Below, in pieces: positions 23,991-36,177 of a stretch of DNA of 60,124 bases. The translations under genes were made by a program, and so were the position numbers. The DNA is from Octopus sinensis (lineage: Eukaryota), in the NCBI RefSeq assembly GCF_006345805.1, contig NW_021834417.1, positions 1 to 60,124 on the forward strand, written 5' to 3'. Position 1 is the stretch's first letter. Each line of letters starts with the position of its first letter. The notes under the pieces are model-generated. The model was not told the origin of the DNA and did no database searches. It was given only the letters and a program-made list of their open reading frames with translations.

Positions 23991-24290
23991 TGCAAAACAA
24001 CACCACGGAGGAATCGACGTAAGCTTAAATAATGAACCGCGATATTATATATATATATATATACATATAGTAACCCCTCACCATATCGCGGTTCACCTTT
24101 CGCGGTTCATTAGTTAAACATACGTCGATTCCTCCATGGTGTTGTTTTGCATTTATAATAAAATAAATATATACAAATTATAAAAATAATAATAAATATA
24201 TACAATACAGTACAGTATCTACTTCGCGGGTTTTACACATCTCGCGGGTGTTTCTGGAACGCAACACCCGCGATAGTCTAGTATTGAATA
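23991..24290. mobile_element. Tigger/pogo-like MITE remnant with local inverted duplication
   Basis: 23991-24045 is the reverse complement of ~24098-24152; repeated TCGCGG(T/G)T motifs resemble Tigger-type MITE ends. Confidence 0.5.
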
Positions 24291-24384
24291 TATATTTACA
24301 TAGCGTAAGCATTATCTCCATATTAAGCTCAATAGGTGGGGCAAAGTAGGTAATTTTTTTATGCTATATATTTTCTTTTATTTA

Positions 24385-24763
24385 TTTATTTGTTTCACTC
24401 ATTTGACTGCGGCCATGAAGGAGTACCGCCTTTATTCGAACAAATCGACCTCAGGAGTTATTCTATATAAGCCTAGTACTTATTCTATCAATCTCTTAGT
24501 CGAACCGCTAAGTTACGGGGACGTAAACACATCAACTTCGGTTGCCAGTCGATGGTGAGGGGACAGACACAGACATACAAACCACATATATATATATATA
24601 CAACAGGCTTCTTTCAGTTTCCGTCAACCAAATCTACTCAAGGCTTTCGCCAGCCCGAGTCTATAGTAGAAAACACTTGCCCCCAAGGTGCCACGCAGTG
24701 GGACTAAACTCAGAACCATGTGGTTCGTAAGCAAGTTACTTGTTATAACAACCAACTCCTGCG

Positions 24764-24765
<2 letters not shown>
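24385..24765 (-). mobile_element. SINE family B
   Basis: Full head-to-tail match. Confidence 0.85.
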
Positions 24766-24831
<66 letters not shown>

Positions 24832-24840
24832 ATATATATG

Positions 24841-25044
24841 CCATGATAGATCGTTAGCTCCTACACGCATTTTTTTTCTCTCTTGTTTCTCTCTTGTTTT
24901 TTTCTGTGCATCTTTCTGTCAAGAGCCTAGGCTCGAAACTTAAAAGACTTTTTCCTATTTCTATTCCTGAGCGCTATACTAATACATTTGTTTGTTTGTA
25001 CTCCACCTGCCTTCGTCTTTTGCTTATTTTCGTAAACTTTCCCG

Positions 25045-25045
<1 letters not shown>
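24841..25045 (+). repeat. Short dispersed repeat, same family as 7575-7790
   Basis: TCTTTCTGTC-AAGAGCCTAGGCTCGAAACTTAAAAGA at 24911-24947. Confidence 0.75.
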
Positions 25046-25092
<47 letters not shown>

Positions 25093-25099
25093 CACATGC

Positions 25100-25130
<31 letters not shown>

Positions 25131-25164
25131 ATATACATACATACATACATATATCTATATAACT

Positions 25165-25965
25165 TTGATAGGTTTCAGCCAGAATAGGCCCAGGCCATGT
25201 CTAACTTAATAGCCCACCTGGTGAAGTCTTTCAGTCATATATGGAGCACCATGGCCCTCTGTAGCTAAACGTTATTATTGTTGGAAACATATCTGGGTGT
25301 ATGAGGTTGGTCTAGGAATTTTTGAAGAAATTTGTCCAGTGAAATTTTGAATTTTAGGGAATACGTTTCCATTTTGGAGTATTTTGGTATGGTATTAAAG
25401 AGAGCTGGACCGGTTGAGCTAAAGTAGTTGTGGTGTAATGTTGATATGTGTCCTGGGTTCGATTTTTGTAGTGGGCGGATAGCACAGGGGTCAAGTCTTA
25501 GGTGGCTTTTAAAATTGATGCCAACTTAATTTGTGCAATATTGATGGAATAGTTTTAACATCACAGAAATGATGTAGCGCTCCTGGCGACGTTGGAGAGA
25601 ATAGAGATTGAGCTTTTGTAGTCGACCCCAATAGTCAATGCCTGTCAATGCCGTCTATCTTTCTTGTTATTGACCTCTGGAGTGCTTCCACTTTCATAAT
25701 GAGTTGCTTCGTATGGGGAGACCACAGTGGACAACAGTATTCAAAGTGGAGTCGGGCAAAAGTAGAGTAGAGGAGATGGTATGGGCATCTCTAGACCGGA
25801 AAGTTCTCAGAATCCAGGAGCGCATCTTGCGGGCCAGGTCAACCTTGCTGTCCACGTGGGAACTCCAGCTTAGACAATTACTCCAAGGTCTCTGGTATTG
25901 TTGGCTGACACTAGGGAGTCACCCGAGGGAAGAGCATATGGTAGTTTCAGAGTATCCTCTTTTCC
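25165..25965 (-). mobile_element. 5'-truncated CR1-type LINE, ORF2 C-terminus
   Basis: Minus translation with frameshifts: RDLGVIV, LSWSSHV...ARKMRSWILRTFRSRD, EYCCPLWSP...VEALQRSITRKI, YWGRLQKLNLYSLQRRQERY. Confidence 0.85.
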
Positions 25966-26020
25966 AAAGTGGATCAAATCAAACTTATCTTCATTTAGAT
26001 GATATTTATTTATTAATGAC

Positions 26021-26098
26021 GCTCCGATGAAGGCGTAAGTGATACACAGGCACTCAAATATGAGTGCATTGCATCTAATAGCAGAAACAGCTGTAAGC
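26021..26098 (+). ncRNA. Decayed hammerhead-like motif with extended stem II
   Basis: GCT-CCGATGA-AGGC...GCA-GAAACAGCTGTA-AGC; internal hairpin GCACTCA/TGAGTGC; U4C core change. Confidence 0.4.
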
Positions 26099-26159
26099 TA
26101 AGGAAGTTCATCACACAACTTCGTGTTACTTTGCATTTTAATTTGTTGCACACACACAC

Positions 26160-26222
26160 AGACAGATAGATTGATAGATAGATAGATAGATACGTAGATA
26201 GATAGATAGATAGATAGATAGC

Positions 26223-26300
<78 letters not shown>
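26160..26300. repeat. (GATA)n microsatellite
   Basis: Direct inspection. Confidence 0.95.
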
Positions 26301-26303
<3 letters not shown>

Positions 26304-26549
26304 TATAGGTTCAATTTCCGGACCGGGCGGCATGTTGTGTTCTTGAGCAAAATAAGCAACAGTATTAACACCACAAATGCTTTTCCCTAGGCGGACAGAA
26401 AACAAGTCATTGATTTATTTGAGCAGTGGTTGGTCTCACTGTACCGTCATTAAAGAAAGAATACGGGGGTTGATGTAATCAACTTACACTCCTTCGCAAA
26501 ACTGCTGGCCTTGTGCCAAAATTTGAAACCATTATTATTTTATACAATA

Positions 26550-27005
26550 TGGCGGTGAGCTAGCAGATTGGTTAGTACGCCGTGCAAAATGCTTAGCGGC
26601 ATTTTATAAGGCGGCGAGCTGGCAGAAACGTTAGCACACCGGGCGAAATTCGTAGCCGTATTTCGTCTGCTGTTACGTTCTGAGTTCAAATTCCGCCGAG
26701 GTCGACTTTGCCTTTCATCCTTTCGGGGTCGATAAATTAAGTACCAGTTACGCACTGGGGTCGATGTAATCGACTTAATCCGTTTGTCTGTCCTTGTTTG
26801 TCCTCTCTGTGTTTAGCTCCTTGTGGGTAGTAAAGAAATAGGCATTTTATCCGTCTTTGCGTTCTGGGTTCAAATACCACCGAGGTCGACTTTGCCTTTT
26901 ATCCTTTTGTGGTCGATAAATTAAGTACCAGTTGTACACTTGGACTGATATAACCGACTTAAGCCCTTCCCTGAATTTGCCCGTCTTGTACCAAAATTTG
27001 AAATC
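26550..27005 (+). mobile_element. Long-tail SINE A nested inside a short-tail SINE A
   Basis: Host head at 26550, insert ~26610-26842, duplicated GGCATTTTAT on both sides, host remainder to ~27005. Confidence 0.8.
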
Positions 27006-27104
27006 TTTATTTTGTACAACATGTCGGCGCCATTTTGTAACCACGCTAATTGTGAGTCCGCCAACATAATGCCGAGCGACATTTCTTCCGGCTTTACTTC
27101 TCAT

Positions 27105-27425
27105 CTCATCTTCGTCCACTGAATCCTGCAGGGTCGTGGAGGGCAGAGTCCTCAAGCAGGCTAAACTGGGTCTGTCACAAACAGCCGTTTCCAAATGATC
27201 CGACTATATCCTCGAAGCAAGACCAACCGAGTTCATGGATGTTATCCAGCCATCTTGCTGGGTCTCCTACTGGTTGATTTTTTTCCTGTGAGACATTCTT
27301 ACCACATGTTCGTAGTATCAGAACTGTGATCGCTCAATCGAGAAACATTATTCCAAAAACCCCTCGAGGAACTCCGTCTCTGCCGCTTGTTTTCACTATC
27401 GCGTTTCTTCGATCATTACCCAAGA
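27105..27425 (-). mobile_element. RTE-like LINE 3' end remnant
   Basis: Minus translation GNESWVM...KQAAETEFL, P.RPSK.WLDNI-like segment and LETAVCDR...LRTLP; decayed. Confidence 0.55.
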
Positions 27426-27818
27426 TTCATTACCATACTTCCTGAGTTCAAATTCCGCTGAGAATGACTTTGCTTTTCATCTTTTCGGGGTCGATTACAA
27501 AGATGTACTGGTTGAGCCCTGAGATCGATGTAATTGATTTCCACCGCCCCTCAAAATTGCTAGCCTTGTGCCAAATTTAGAGAGGACTATTATTTCGCAC
27601 GACACTGCATGCGCTGACAAGTAAATTAATTATTAATGAACTATTAGTTCATTACACATTTCTATTTTATTTTAGTTACAATTTGAAATACTTCAAATGT
27701 TGGATGCCCCAGCATGAACGTGGTTCAAGGACTAAAACCACTGTAAGATTAGAAATGAATGTGTGCTTGTGTTTGTGTGTATGTGTTTGTTTGTGTATGT
27801 ATAAAACACACATATATA

Positions 27819-27870
<52 letters not shown>

Positions 27871-27998
27871 CTTACAAAATAAGGGCAAAAGAAAAATTCT
27901 AATGCCAAATATGCCGAAAAAAAGACAAAATTGTCAATAACCATTATAATTTATGCGTCTCGAAACAAGCCGATAGAAATTTCTAAAAAAATCCGTTA

Positions 27999-28059
27999 TT
28001 ACTGTATTGGTCCCAATTTCGAGGTTAATTCATAAGAAGTTTCCCCTCGTCAGCGATAA
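27999..28059 (-). ncRNA. Type I hammerhead motif, minus-strand copy
   Basis: TTATCG-CTGACGA-GGGG...CCTC-GAAA-TTGG(GA)CCAA-TA-CAGTAA; core intact, AUA site, one C-A mismatch in stem I. Confidence 0.7.
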
Positions 28060-28645
28060 ATACGTAAGACATAAATGAAATACTTACTCATACCCATGGA
28101 AAAAGCAAGCACTAAGTCCTGAGCAGACCTAAGTACCCCAAATATATCGAAAATAGAAAATCTTCGGCACATCTCGAGACACGTGTGATTCGAACTAGAA
28201 ACATTCACAGAGTGAAGGGAAAATTCTTATGAATTAACCCCGAAATTGGGACCAATACAATAATAACGGATTTTTTAGAAATTCCTATCGGCTTGTTTCG
28301 AGACGCATAAATTATAATGGTTATTGACAATATTGTCTTTTTTTCGGCATATTTGGCATTAGAATTTTTCTTTTGTCCTTATTTTGTAAGTTATTTATAA
28401 ATTTAACCTTTGATACGCTGGCCATTGATAAAAAATTTTTTTTTCGAAAAAAATTTAATCCTACATTAGTTGTAAATTTAATAGTGTTCACTTCCGGATT
28501 CTCTCACTCTGTGAAAGTTTCTAGTTCGAATCACACGTGTCTCGATATGTGCCGAAGATTTTCTATTTCGAATATATTTGGGGTACTTAGGTCTGCTTGC
28601 TTTTTCCATGACTATGAGTAAGTATTTCATTTATGTTTTACCTAT

Positions 28646-28706
28646 TTACCGCTGACGAGGGGAAAATTATTATGAATTAACCCCGAAATTGGGACCAATA
28701 CAATAA
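28646..28706 (+). ncRNA. Type I hammerhead motif, plus-strand copy
   Basis: TTACCG-CTGACGA-GGGG(AAAATTATTATGAATTAA)CCCC-GAAA-TTGGGACCAA-TA-CAATAA; predicted cleavage after 28700; stem I partly mismatched. Confidence 0.7.
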
Positions 28707-28924
28707 TAACGAATTTTTAGAAATTCCTATCGGCTTGTTTCGAGACGCATAAATTATAATGGTTATTGACAATTTTGTCTTTTTTTCGGCATATTTGGCA
28801 TTAGAATTTTTCTTTTGCCCTTATTTTGTAAGTTATTTATAAATTTAACCTTTAAAAGTATTTTTTGAAATGCTGGCCATTGATAAAATGTTTTTTCGAA
28901 AAATTTTTTATCCTACATTAGTTG

Positions 28925-28985
<61 letters not shown>

Positions 28986-29006
28986 ATGTATGTATATGTA
29001 TAAAAT

Positions 29007-29040
<34 letters not shown>

Positions 29041-29444
29041 TACTCTTTTACTCGTTACTCTTTTACTTGTTTCAGTCATTTGACTGCTGCCATGCTGGAG
29101 CACCGCCTTTAGTCGAGCAAATCGACCCCAGGAATTATTTTTTGTAAGCCTAGTACTTATTTTATCGCTCTCTTTTGCCGAACCGCTAAGTTACGGGGAC
29201 GTAAACACACCAGCATCGGTTGTCAAGCGATGTTGGGGAGGGGGACAAACACAGACACACAAACACATTCATATACATATATACGACAGGCTTCCTTCAG
29301 TTTCCGTCTACCAAATCCACTGACAGCGCTTTGGTCGGCTCGAGGCTATAGTAGAAGACACTTGCCCAAGGTGCCACGCAGTGGGACTGAACCCGGAACC
29401 ATGTGGTTGGTAAGCAAGCTACTTACTACACAGCCACTCCTGCG

Positions 29445-29447
<3 letters not shown>
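29041..29447 (-). mobile_element. SINE family B, full length
   Basis: Ends CAGCCACTCCTGCGCCTA. Confidence 0.9.
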
Positions 29448-29497
<50 letters not shown>

Positions 29498-29996
29498 TCG
29501 CCTATATATACTATATTATACTATAGTTAACAATCCTTAATTCTAACTTCCGAAAGCTGAAAACCTCGAAAAACCGAAAATTTTTCTTAATGCGAAAACT
29601 GCAACACATGGAAAATCCTGGAAAGCATTTGAAAGGTTACCTACATTAAGTCCGCTTTCTCTCTCACTCTTTTTCATAAATTTTTCTCCTTCATTTGGCT
29701 TTTTTAAAATATCAAACACGGTCAAATATGGTTTATGAGAAATAATTTCTATCTTTAGATCACACACTTCTCTCGGTAATCATGAAGTATATAACTTCAA
29801 GCTTTTTCACTCTCATAAAACTGGTTCTCACATGCATTTGCAAATAAGCAATAAAATTTTGCGGTATGATTCACATGAATTTCGTTTTGGTTGAATACTG
29901 ACCACAAGTTCTGCTAGTTTATACGTGAATAATATATCCTTGATTTCTTCAAAATTTATAACTGTTAAAGCAATTTGCTTTAGAGTTTTCATCTAT

Positions 29997-30039
<43 letters not shown>

Positions 30040-30129
30040 TATTAAAGGTGCATGGCTCAGTGGTTAATGCGTCGAGATCGCAATCATGAAGTTGTGAATT
30101 CGATTTTCGGATCGGGCTGTGTTGTGTTC

Positions 30130-30301
30130 ATAGGCGCAGGAGTGGCTGAGTGGTAAGTAGCTTCCTTATCAACCATATGGTTCCGGGTTCAGTCCCACCG
30201 CGTGGCACCTTGTGCAAGTGTCTTCTACTATAGCCTCGGACCGACCAAAGCCTTGTGAGTGGATTTGTTAGACGGAAACTGAAAGAAGCCTGTCATATAT
30301 A

Positions 30302-30336
<35 letters not shown>

Positions 30337-30530
30337 CTGTTTTTGTCCCCCAACATCGCCTGATAACCGATGCTGGTGTGTTTGCGACCCCGTAACTTAG
30401 CGGTTCGGCAAAAGAGACCGATAGAATAAGTACTAGGCTTACAAACAATAAGTCCTGGGGTCGAATTGCTCGACTAAAGGCGGTGCTCCAACATGGCCAC
30501 AGTCAAATGACTGAAACAAGTAAAAGAGTA
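30130..30530 (+). mobile_element. SINE family B, following a SINE C head at 30050-30130
   Basis: TAGGCGCAGGAGTGGCTG...GTAAAAGAG. Confidence 0.9.
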
Positions 30531-30680
30531 TAATTCTCCTTAAATTCACATTACATTCTAATGTGCATTTAATGTGCATTTAATGTGAATTTAATGAGAA
30601 TTGCACTGCAACTAACAAGTTTTGAAAATATATAATTTTCCATGTCTACATCAAGATGTCTTGATATGGGTTTGGAGGCA

Positions 30681-31030
30681 AGTCGTCATGCCTAGGTGCG
30701 GAAGTGGATATGTGGTAAGAAACTTGCTTCCCAATCGCATGGTACCGGGTTCAGTCCCACTGCGCGGCAAGTGTCCTCTTCTATAGCCACGAGCCGACCA
30801 ATGCCTTGTGAGTGGATTTGGTAGACGGAAACTGAAAGAAGCACGTCGTTCATATATACATATATATGTGTGGGGGGTGTATATGTGCGTGTGTGTTTGT
30901 TCCCCCAGCATCGCTTGGCAACCGATGTTGGTTCGCTTACATCCCCGTAGCTTAACAGTTTGGCAGAAAACAACGATAGAATAAGTACTCGGCTTACAAA
31001 GAATAAGTCCTGGTGTCGATTTGTTCGACT
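30681..31030 (+). mobile_element. SINE family B, lacking the tail end
   Basis: Head and body match. Confidence 0.8.
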
Positions 31031-31800
31031 AGAAAATTTCTTATATATATATATATACATGAGAGAGAGAGAGATCAGTTCATTAGAATGTCTGTATATC
31101 AACATATGATAGGGCACCAAGAATGGGTGGGTATTTCACCTAGTTGTCGTCTGTTTAGTAATATACGAAAAGTATTTATATATACATATATACATAGATA
31201 CCATATCCAATATAAGCCGTAGATCCCACTAAAGGTTGGTTCCAAGTGTGGTATATGTTTAAAAGAAGACCACAAGCGGGATCTTGTATGTATATCCGAT
31301 GAACGGCAACGGGAAACTCAGAGTAACAGGTTTTGTTGAATTTTCTGCTGCTTTAAATAAAGCATATTACTCTACCACTGGTATTTGAGTACTCTTTTTT
31401 CCACCTTGTTTCACATTTATGTGTTTACTCCGGTATATATATAAAACTTACTTGGAAGAGGATGCGTGGCGTTCAATCATATAATAATATAAATAATCTA
31501 AATATATATATGCATATATACATACGTATTTGTACATACATCTTATACGTATATATATGTATATATATAATATATATATATAATATATATATATAATAAT
31601 AAATATTAGGGAATGAATCCAAAATTACAGGGAAAAATCAGATTTAGGGTTAAATCCAATTTTATAGTAAAATATTATATAATATAATTCGAGTGAAACA
31701 ATTGTAGTGGCGGTTTATTTAATTTATATTAAAATTTTATGTATTGATTAAGTCTTTCCTTGTTTGGTTTTAAAATAGTGGTTTTGTCTCGAATTATATT

Positions 31801-31882
<82 letters not shown>

Positions 31883-32112
31883 ATATATATAATATAATAT
31901 ATATATATAAGCATATGTTTGTGAACAGGACGTCACGAACAGAGAACAAAACGTCACGAAAAACGTACAACAAAAAAATACGAAGCACGAGTACATGGGA
32001 CATGAACTATTCTTTCGATCAACGAAAGGCACAAATGGAAAACAAAACAAACAACATAAAGAACGACCCTTCATCAGTTGCTGGCTGTTTTTCTCTATTC
32101 TATAAAGATATA

Positions 32113-33200
32113 CTAGCAGAAATACCCGGCGTTGCCCAGTTTAAAGAAAACATTGAAATCTAAAAATGCCTTTTAAATTTGTATCATGAAACGTAGACTA
32201 CGCAGGCTTCACCTCCTAGTAGCTGAGATACCAACTCTATACGTAAATAACCCGACGTTTCCCAGGTTATTGAAGATAATGAAATTTAAGTATGCCTTTT
32301 AAATCTCTAAGTAAAATAAAACATGGATTATGCAGTTCTCAACAGTAATTAACTGAGGTACAAACTATTAATGCCAATTACATGTTTTATCCAATGTTCT
32401 CATTGGTTAAATTGTCTTTGCAATCACCTTCAATTGTTAGTTCTTATCAGAAACACTTGAATCTGAAAATGCATCAATTTGTGAAGAACCGACCTGCGGG
32501 TGCTCCCCTCCTGTTAATAAGTACATTTAACAAAAGTTCTACCAAATGACGTGGGTATAAGCAAATGTATTGAAACAAATCCGGAAATCAATCACAGTTT
32601 AATTACCTAGAGCTTCTAAACATACGATGTTTTGAGTGTGTCCTTTAATTGGGGACCTTACATATAATTGCTCATGAAAGAAGCAAGGTGAAGTCCAACA
32701 ACCTTGAGAGATTGCCCTTGAGACTTGTTTATTGACATAGCAAAACTTAGTTTCACTGGGAACTGGAACGGTTTAAATTCCAAGGAGAGGTCATATGGGA
32801 TTAACGGGATCCGTGGAATGAAGACATCCTCACCCTTATAGTTCTCAGTCATAATTGTTGCCTCTAGGACATGGGGTCGCATCGCTTTCATAACCAGTCT
32901 GGTGCCATTACACAGACGGGGGTGGATCCATATTCCTGAGCAGCATGATTGGGGCCTCCTTTTTAAGTGTTAAGCGGTGAGGTAGCATCCCTGATGGCTG
33001 TAGAGAGTTCAGAAATTCAGTTGGAAAAACTACAGCCTGGTCCTGATCAATGATAGTGTCGAAGGATTTGAAAGACTGTTCTTGTCCGGGCAACAGCTGC
33101 AAGAGATTCTAATTGATTTTGTAGACAGCATCATTACGTAGAGCTAAGATGTTGCTAAAGTTTTATGCAATGTATGGGAGCACATGCATTATGAGATCAG
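32113..33200 (-). mobile_element. Helitron 3' portion with decayed PIF1-family helicase C-terminus
   Basis: Minus translation ILALRNDAV..IN, FPTEFLNSLQPSGM.PH.L.LK..APIMLLRNMDPP, GEDVFIPRIPLIP, FPVKLSFAMSINKSQGQSL, HEQLYV, NIV..EAL (~32603-33160); canonical 3' end: hairpin GGGCAACGCCGGG then CTAG|T at 32113. Confidence 0.95.
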
Positions 33201-33965
33201 TGCATCATGTTCCGGTTCTTTGTGCTTTGAATTCAAATCCCGCCATTGCTGATGGATTTAAGCTCTGACTTAAGACAACACCCTGGCATCTTATGTGCTG
33301 TGCTCTGAGTTCAAATCCCGCCATGGCCAATTGAGCAAGTCAACCCGTCGCTTCGGCCAAACACCACCATCTGGCAACTCGCGTGCTTGTACCGGAGTTC
33401 ATACTGATTCAAGTGTTGGGGACAGTTTTCCGGTTTGGGGATAATTTTCTTTCAGAGTTCTTGGAACTTGGCCATAATATTTCCTTCCCAACTAAAACAT
33501 GCAAATATTTTACTTGCGGGGACCCGCAGTCTGCACCTCAAATCTAATTCCGACATCTGCGCACACAGTATCACTGCAATTTCACGAGAGAATTTCTTAT
33601 TCTTTTTCAATTTGATCCTATCAAAATATTCATCGAGTATTTAAAAATGATTCATAGTACTCCCGAGAGACGAATCGTCAGCCATCTGTCAAGAGTTAAG
33701 TTAGTGTTAATCTAATAAACATTACACATCTTATAAATATTTTTGCCGACAGCCCTCGTAAACTCCACCAGCGCATATGTTACTAGGGAGTAGTAGTAGT
33801 TGTAGTGGAGGTGAGGGTAATGGAGGTGGGAGTAATAGCAGCAACAATAGCGTATCAGTAGTAGTAGAGGTTGTAGTAGAAGTAATTGTAGTATTAGCAG
33901 CAGTAGCAGCAGTAGCAGTAATAGTAGTACAAGTAGTTGTTGCTGTAGTAGGGGTGCTAGATGTG

Positions 33966-34035
<70 letters not shown>

Positions 34036-34563
34036 ATTACTCCTAAGTCAGGCCAATCTGGCAGAGCAGATCTGTGGATTAAAGATGTTCCAACCGTAAC
34101 CATCCACATTGTGTATCCATAACTACGTACATTGTCCAATGTGTATTTTCTATTAAGACGATACGGTATGATATGAAGGAGGTTTGGTACCACTTCTTGT
34201 AAAATGAACGACAGCAATGGAGGCTTTTTTTTTTTTAAAGATTCATTATTAATATTCCTCTGCTCACTAAAACAGTAAACTGGTAGAATTGTTACCGCAC
34301 CAGGGAAAAATGCTCAGCGGTATTTCACCCGCCTTTAGGTTTTGAGTTCAGATTCACTTGTCCAAAGTGACGCGCAGTGGAGCTGAGCCCAAGACCACAC
34401 GGCTGTGAAGCAAGCTTCCTAACCGCACATCTCGGCCTGTGTCTAAGAGATATTTTTCACGACCAGTAAACATGTTATGGTGATAGTAAATATAGCGATA
34501 ATAAATACTGACTTATGTGAATATCTTATAGTGATTATAGCTGTTTCAAAAAAATATAGAAAA

Positions 34564-35853
34564 CTAGCATTATGACCCGTCGTTGCTGGGCCATAGTGCT
34601 AGTGCATGTATATATGTGTATATATATGTGTACATATTACATGTACATCTATATATATACATTTACACATAAAATACAAAATACAGTTATATCTTGATAT
34701 CGTTAGTGATAACAATACTCAAAATATATAACAGACTGGAATTGTAGGCCCGTCTCTTGCAATTTCGATCAATTGTATCTTGTCCCCCCTCTTGTATAGA
34801 AGTGTGGCTACAATCCAGCCTACCTCTACTTCTGGGGCGACATTTGTAATTTTTATCCGGGATGTCCTACGTCCCAGATATAAAGGTAAAAATAAAATAT
34901 TTCCACTTTGCAAGGTTCGAGTCGAGTACTCCCTTGCACGCTCCGTTGACTCGAACCTTGCTTCTATTGTGGCAAATTTACCGCCTCTGGTTAGATATCT
35001 TTCATAGTCGCACCAAGACACTTTTTAATGGTGCTTTCCTCCAGGTGTTCAAATCTTTTTTTTTTCTCTACTTTGTATACTTTATAAACAATAATCTTTT
35101 CTTTAATTTAATTTTTTATTTCGTTTGGTGGTGTTATCTTAGATTCACTGTCTTTGTCGGTGATCAATCCGAAATAGGTTTGTATTTCTTCCATTTTAAT
35201 TTTAATGAGTTCGCGCCCGCCGACGGCTGCAGCGAAATTCATTTTTGGACTTTCTTCTCTTGAAGGCATTCTAACAAAAATGCTTCCGTATAAACGGTGA
35301 AAATATTGTCAATTTCCCCAAACAGGGACACAATTCAATTTTTAAACAATAACCAAAGCTCCTTCTCCCAAATGGGGAGGGTTACAGTTTACAATTATTT
35401 AACAAATGCAACTAATTTTATTTTTAATTTATTCCCATTCATGTGAAACCACTTATTCAAGTTCAAGTCATTGATATAATTTTATACCAATTGCTATTTT
35501 TACTTTTGTTATGTTACGATTATATTATACTTTAGTTTGATTTTAATTATTACTTAGTACATATAATTATTATTATTATTATTGTTAAAGTGAAAGTATC
35601 TGACATAAAATAAAAAAAACGTTTTTGTTTCACTTTTAACACGTAATACTGAAATAGTGGAGAAGATATGATATTGCTATGAGCTCGCCCTAGGCAAGAA
35701 GTTGAACATTTTTTTTTTTGCCCATGAAACTACATGGACGCTAAGTCAGGCATGTGTAAAATTTGAATGAAATTGGTTGTGTAGTTCTCAAGTTTTAGGG
35801 AAACACACAGACAGACAGACAGACACACATTTTCAGTTTGATATATATAGAGA
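34564..35853 (-). mobile_element. Probable non-autonomous Helitron segment
   Basis: 5' end A|TCTCTATATATA with (GTCT)n at 35853; hairpin plus CTAG|T 3'-type terminus at 34564. Confidence 0.6.
34719..35269 (-). pseudogene. LINE ORF1-like (L1/Tx1-type, RRM-like) 5' fragment
   Basis: MPSREESPKMNFAAAVGG..., then after a stop and frameshift IEARFESTERAREYSTRTLQSGNILFLPLYLGRRTSRIKITNVAPEV, resembling the xYAAAV start and RRM-like region of such ORF1 proteins. Confidence 0.5.
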
Positions 35854-36177
35854 TTTCACAGTAATAGTGGATAATATAGTGTGAGAAAATAATTTCTCGT
35901 GTAATTTGATATTTTATAACGCTTGGGGATACTTGAGGGTGCACTTAAAAATTTTTTAGTGCTAATGTATATTTTAGAGTGTAACTATGTATTTTATCGA
36001 GTTAGTGTATATTCTAGAGTGTACCTATAAATTTTATTGTGTTAATGTATATTTTAGTGTGTAAATTATACATTTTATATTGCGAGTGAACAGTTCACGG
36101 TGTATCTATATTTTATAGTGCCTGTATGTAGATTAAATTAAATCAATATATCTTATAGCCCAGCATATAGTCTAGAG

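Larger units (their letters stand above)
27866..28925. mobile_element. HHR-bearing ~440-bp unit: one inverted copy followed by tandem direct copies
   Basis: 27866-28215 is the reverse complement of the + units; GAATTAACCCCGAAATTGG recurs at ~28231 and ~28674. Confidence 0.85.

Noticed and set aside
32060-32085. CTGATGAAGGG (minus), and CTGAAGAAGGG at ~57390
   Set aside because: No closing stem II or GAAA nearby.
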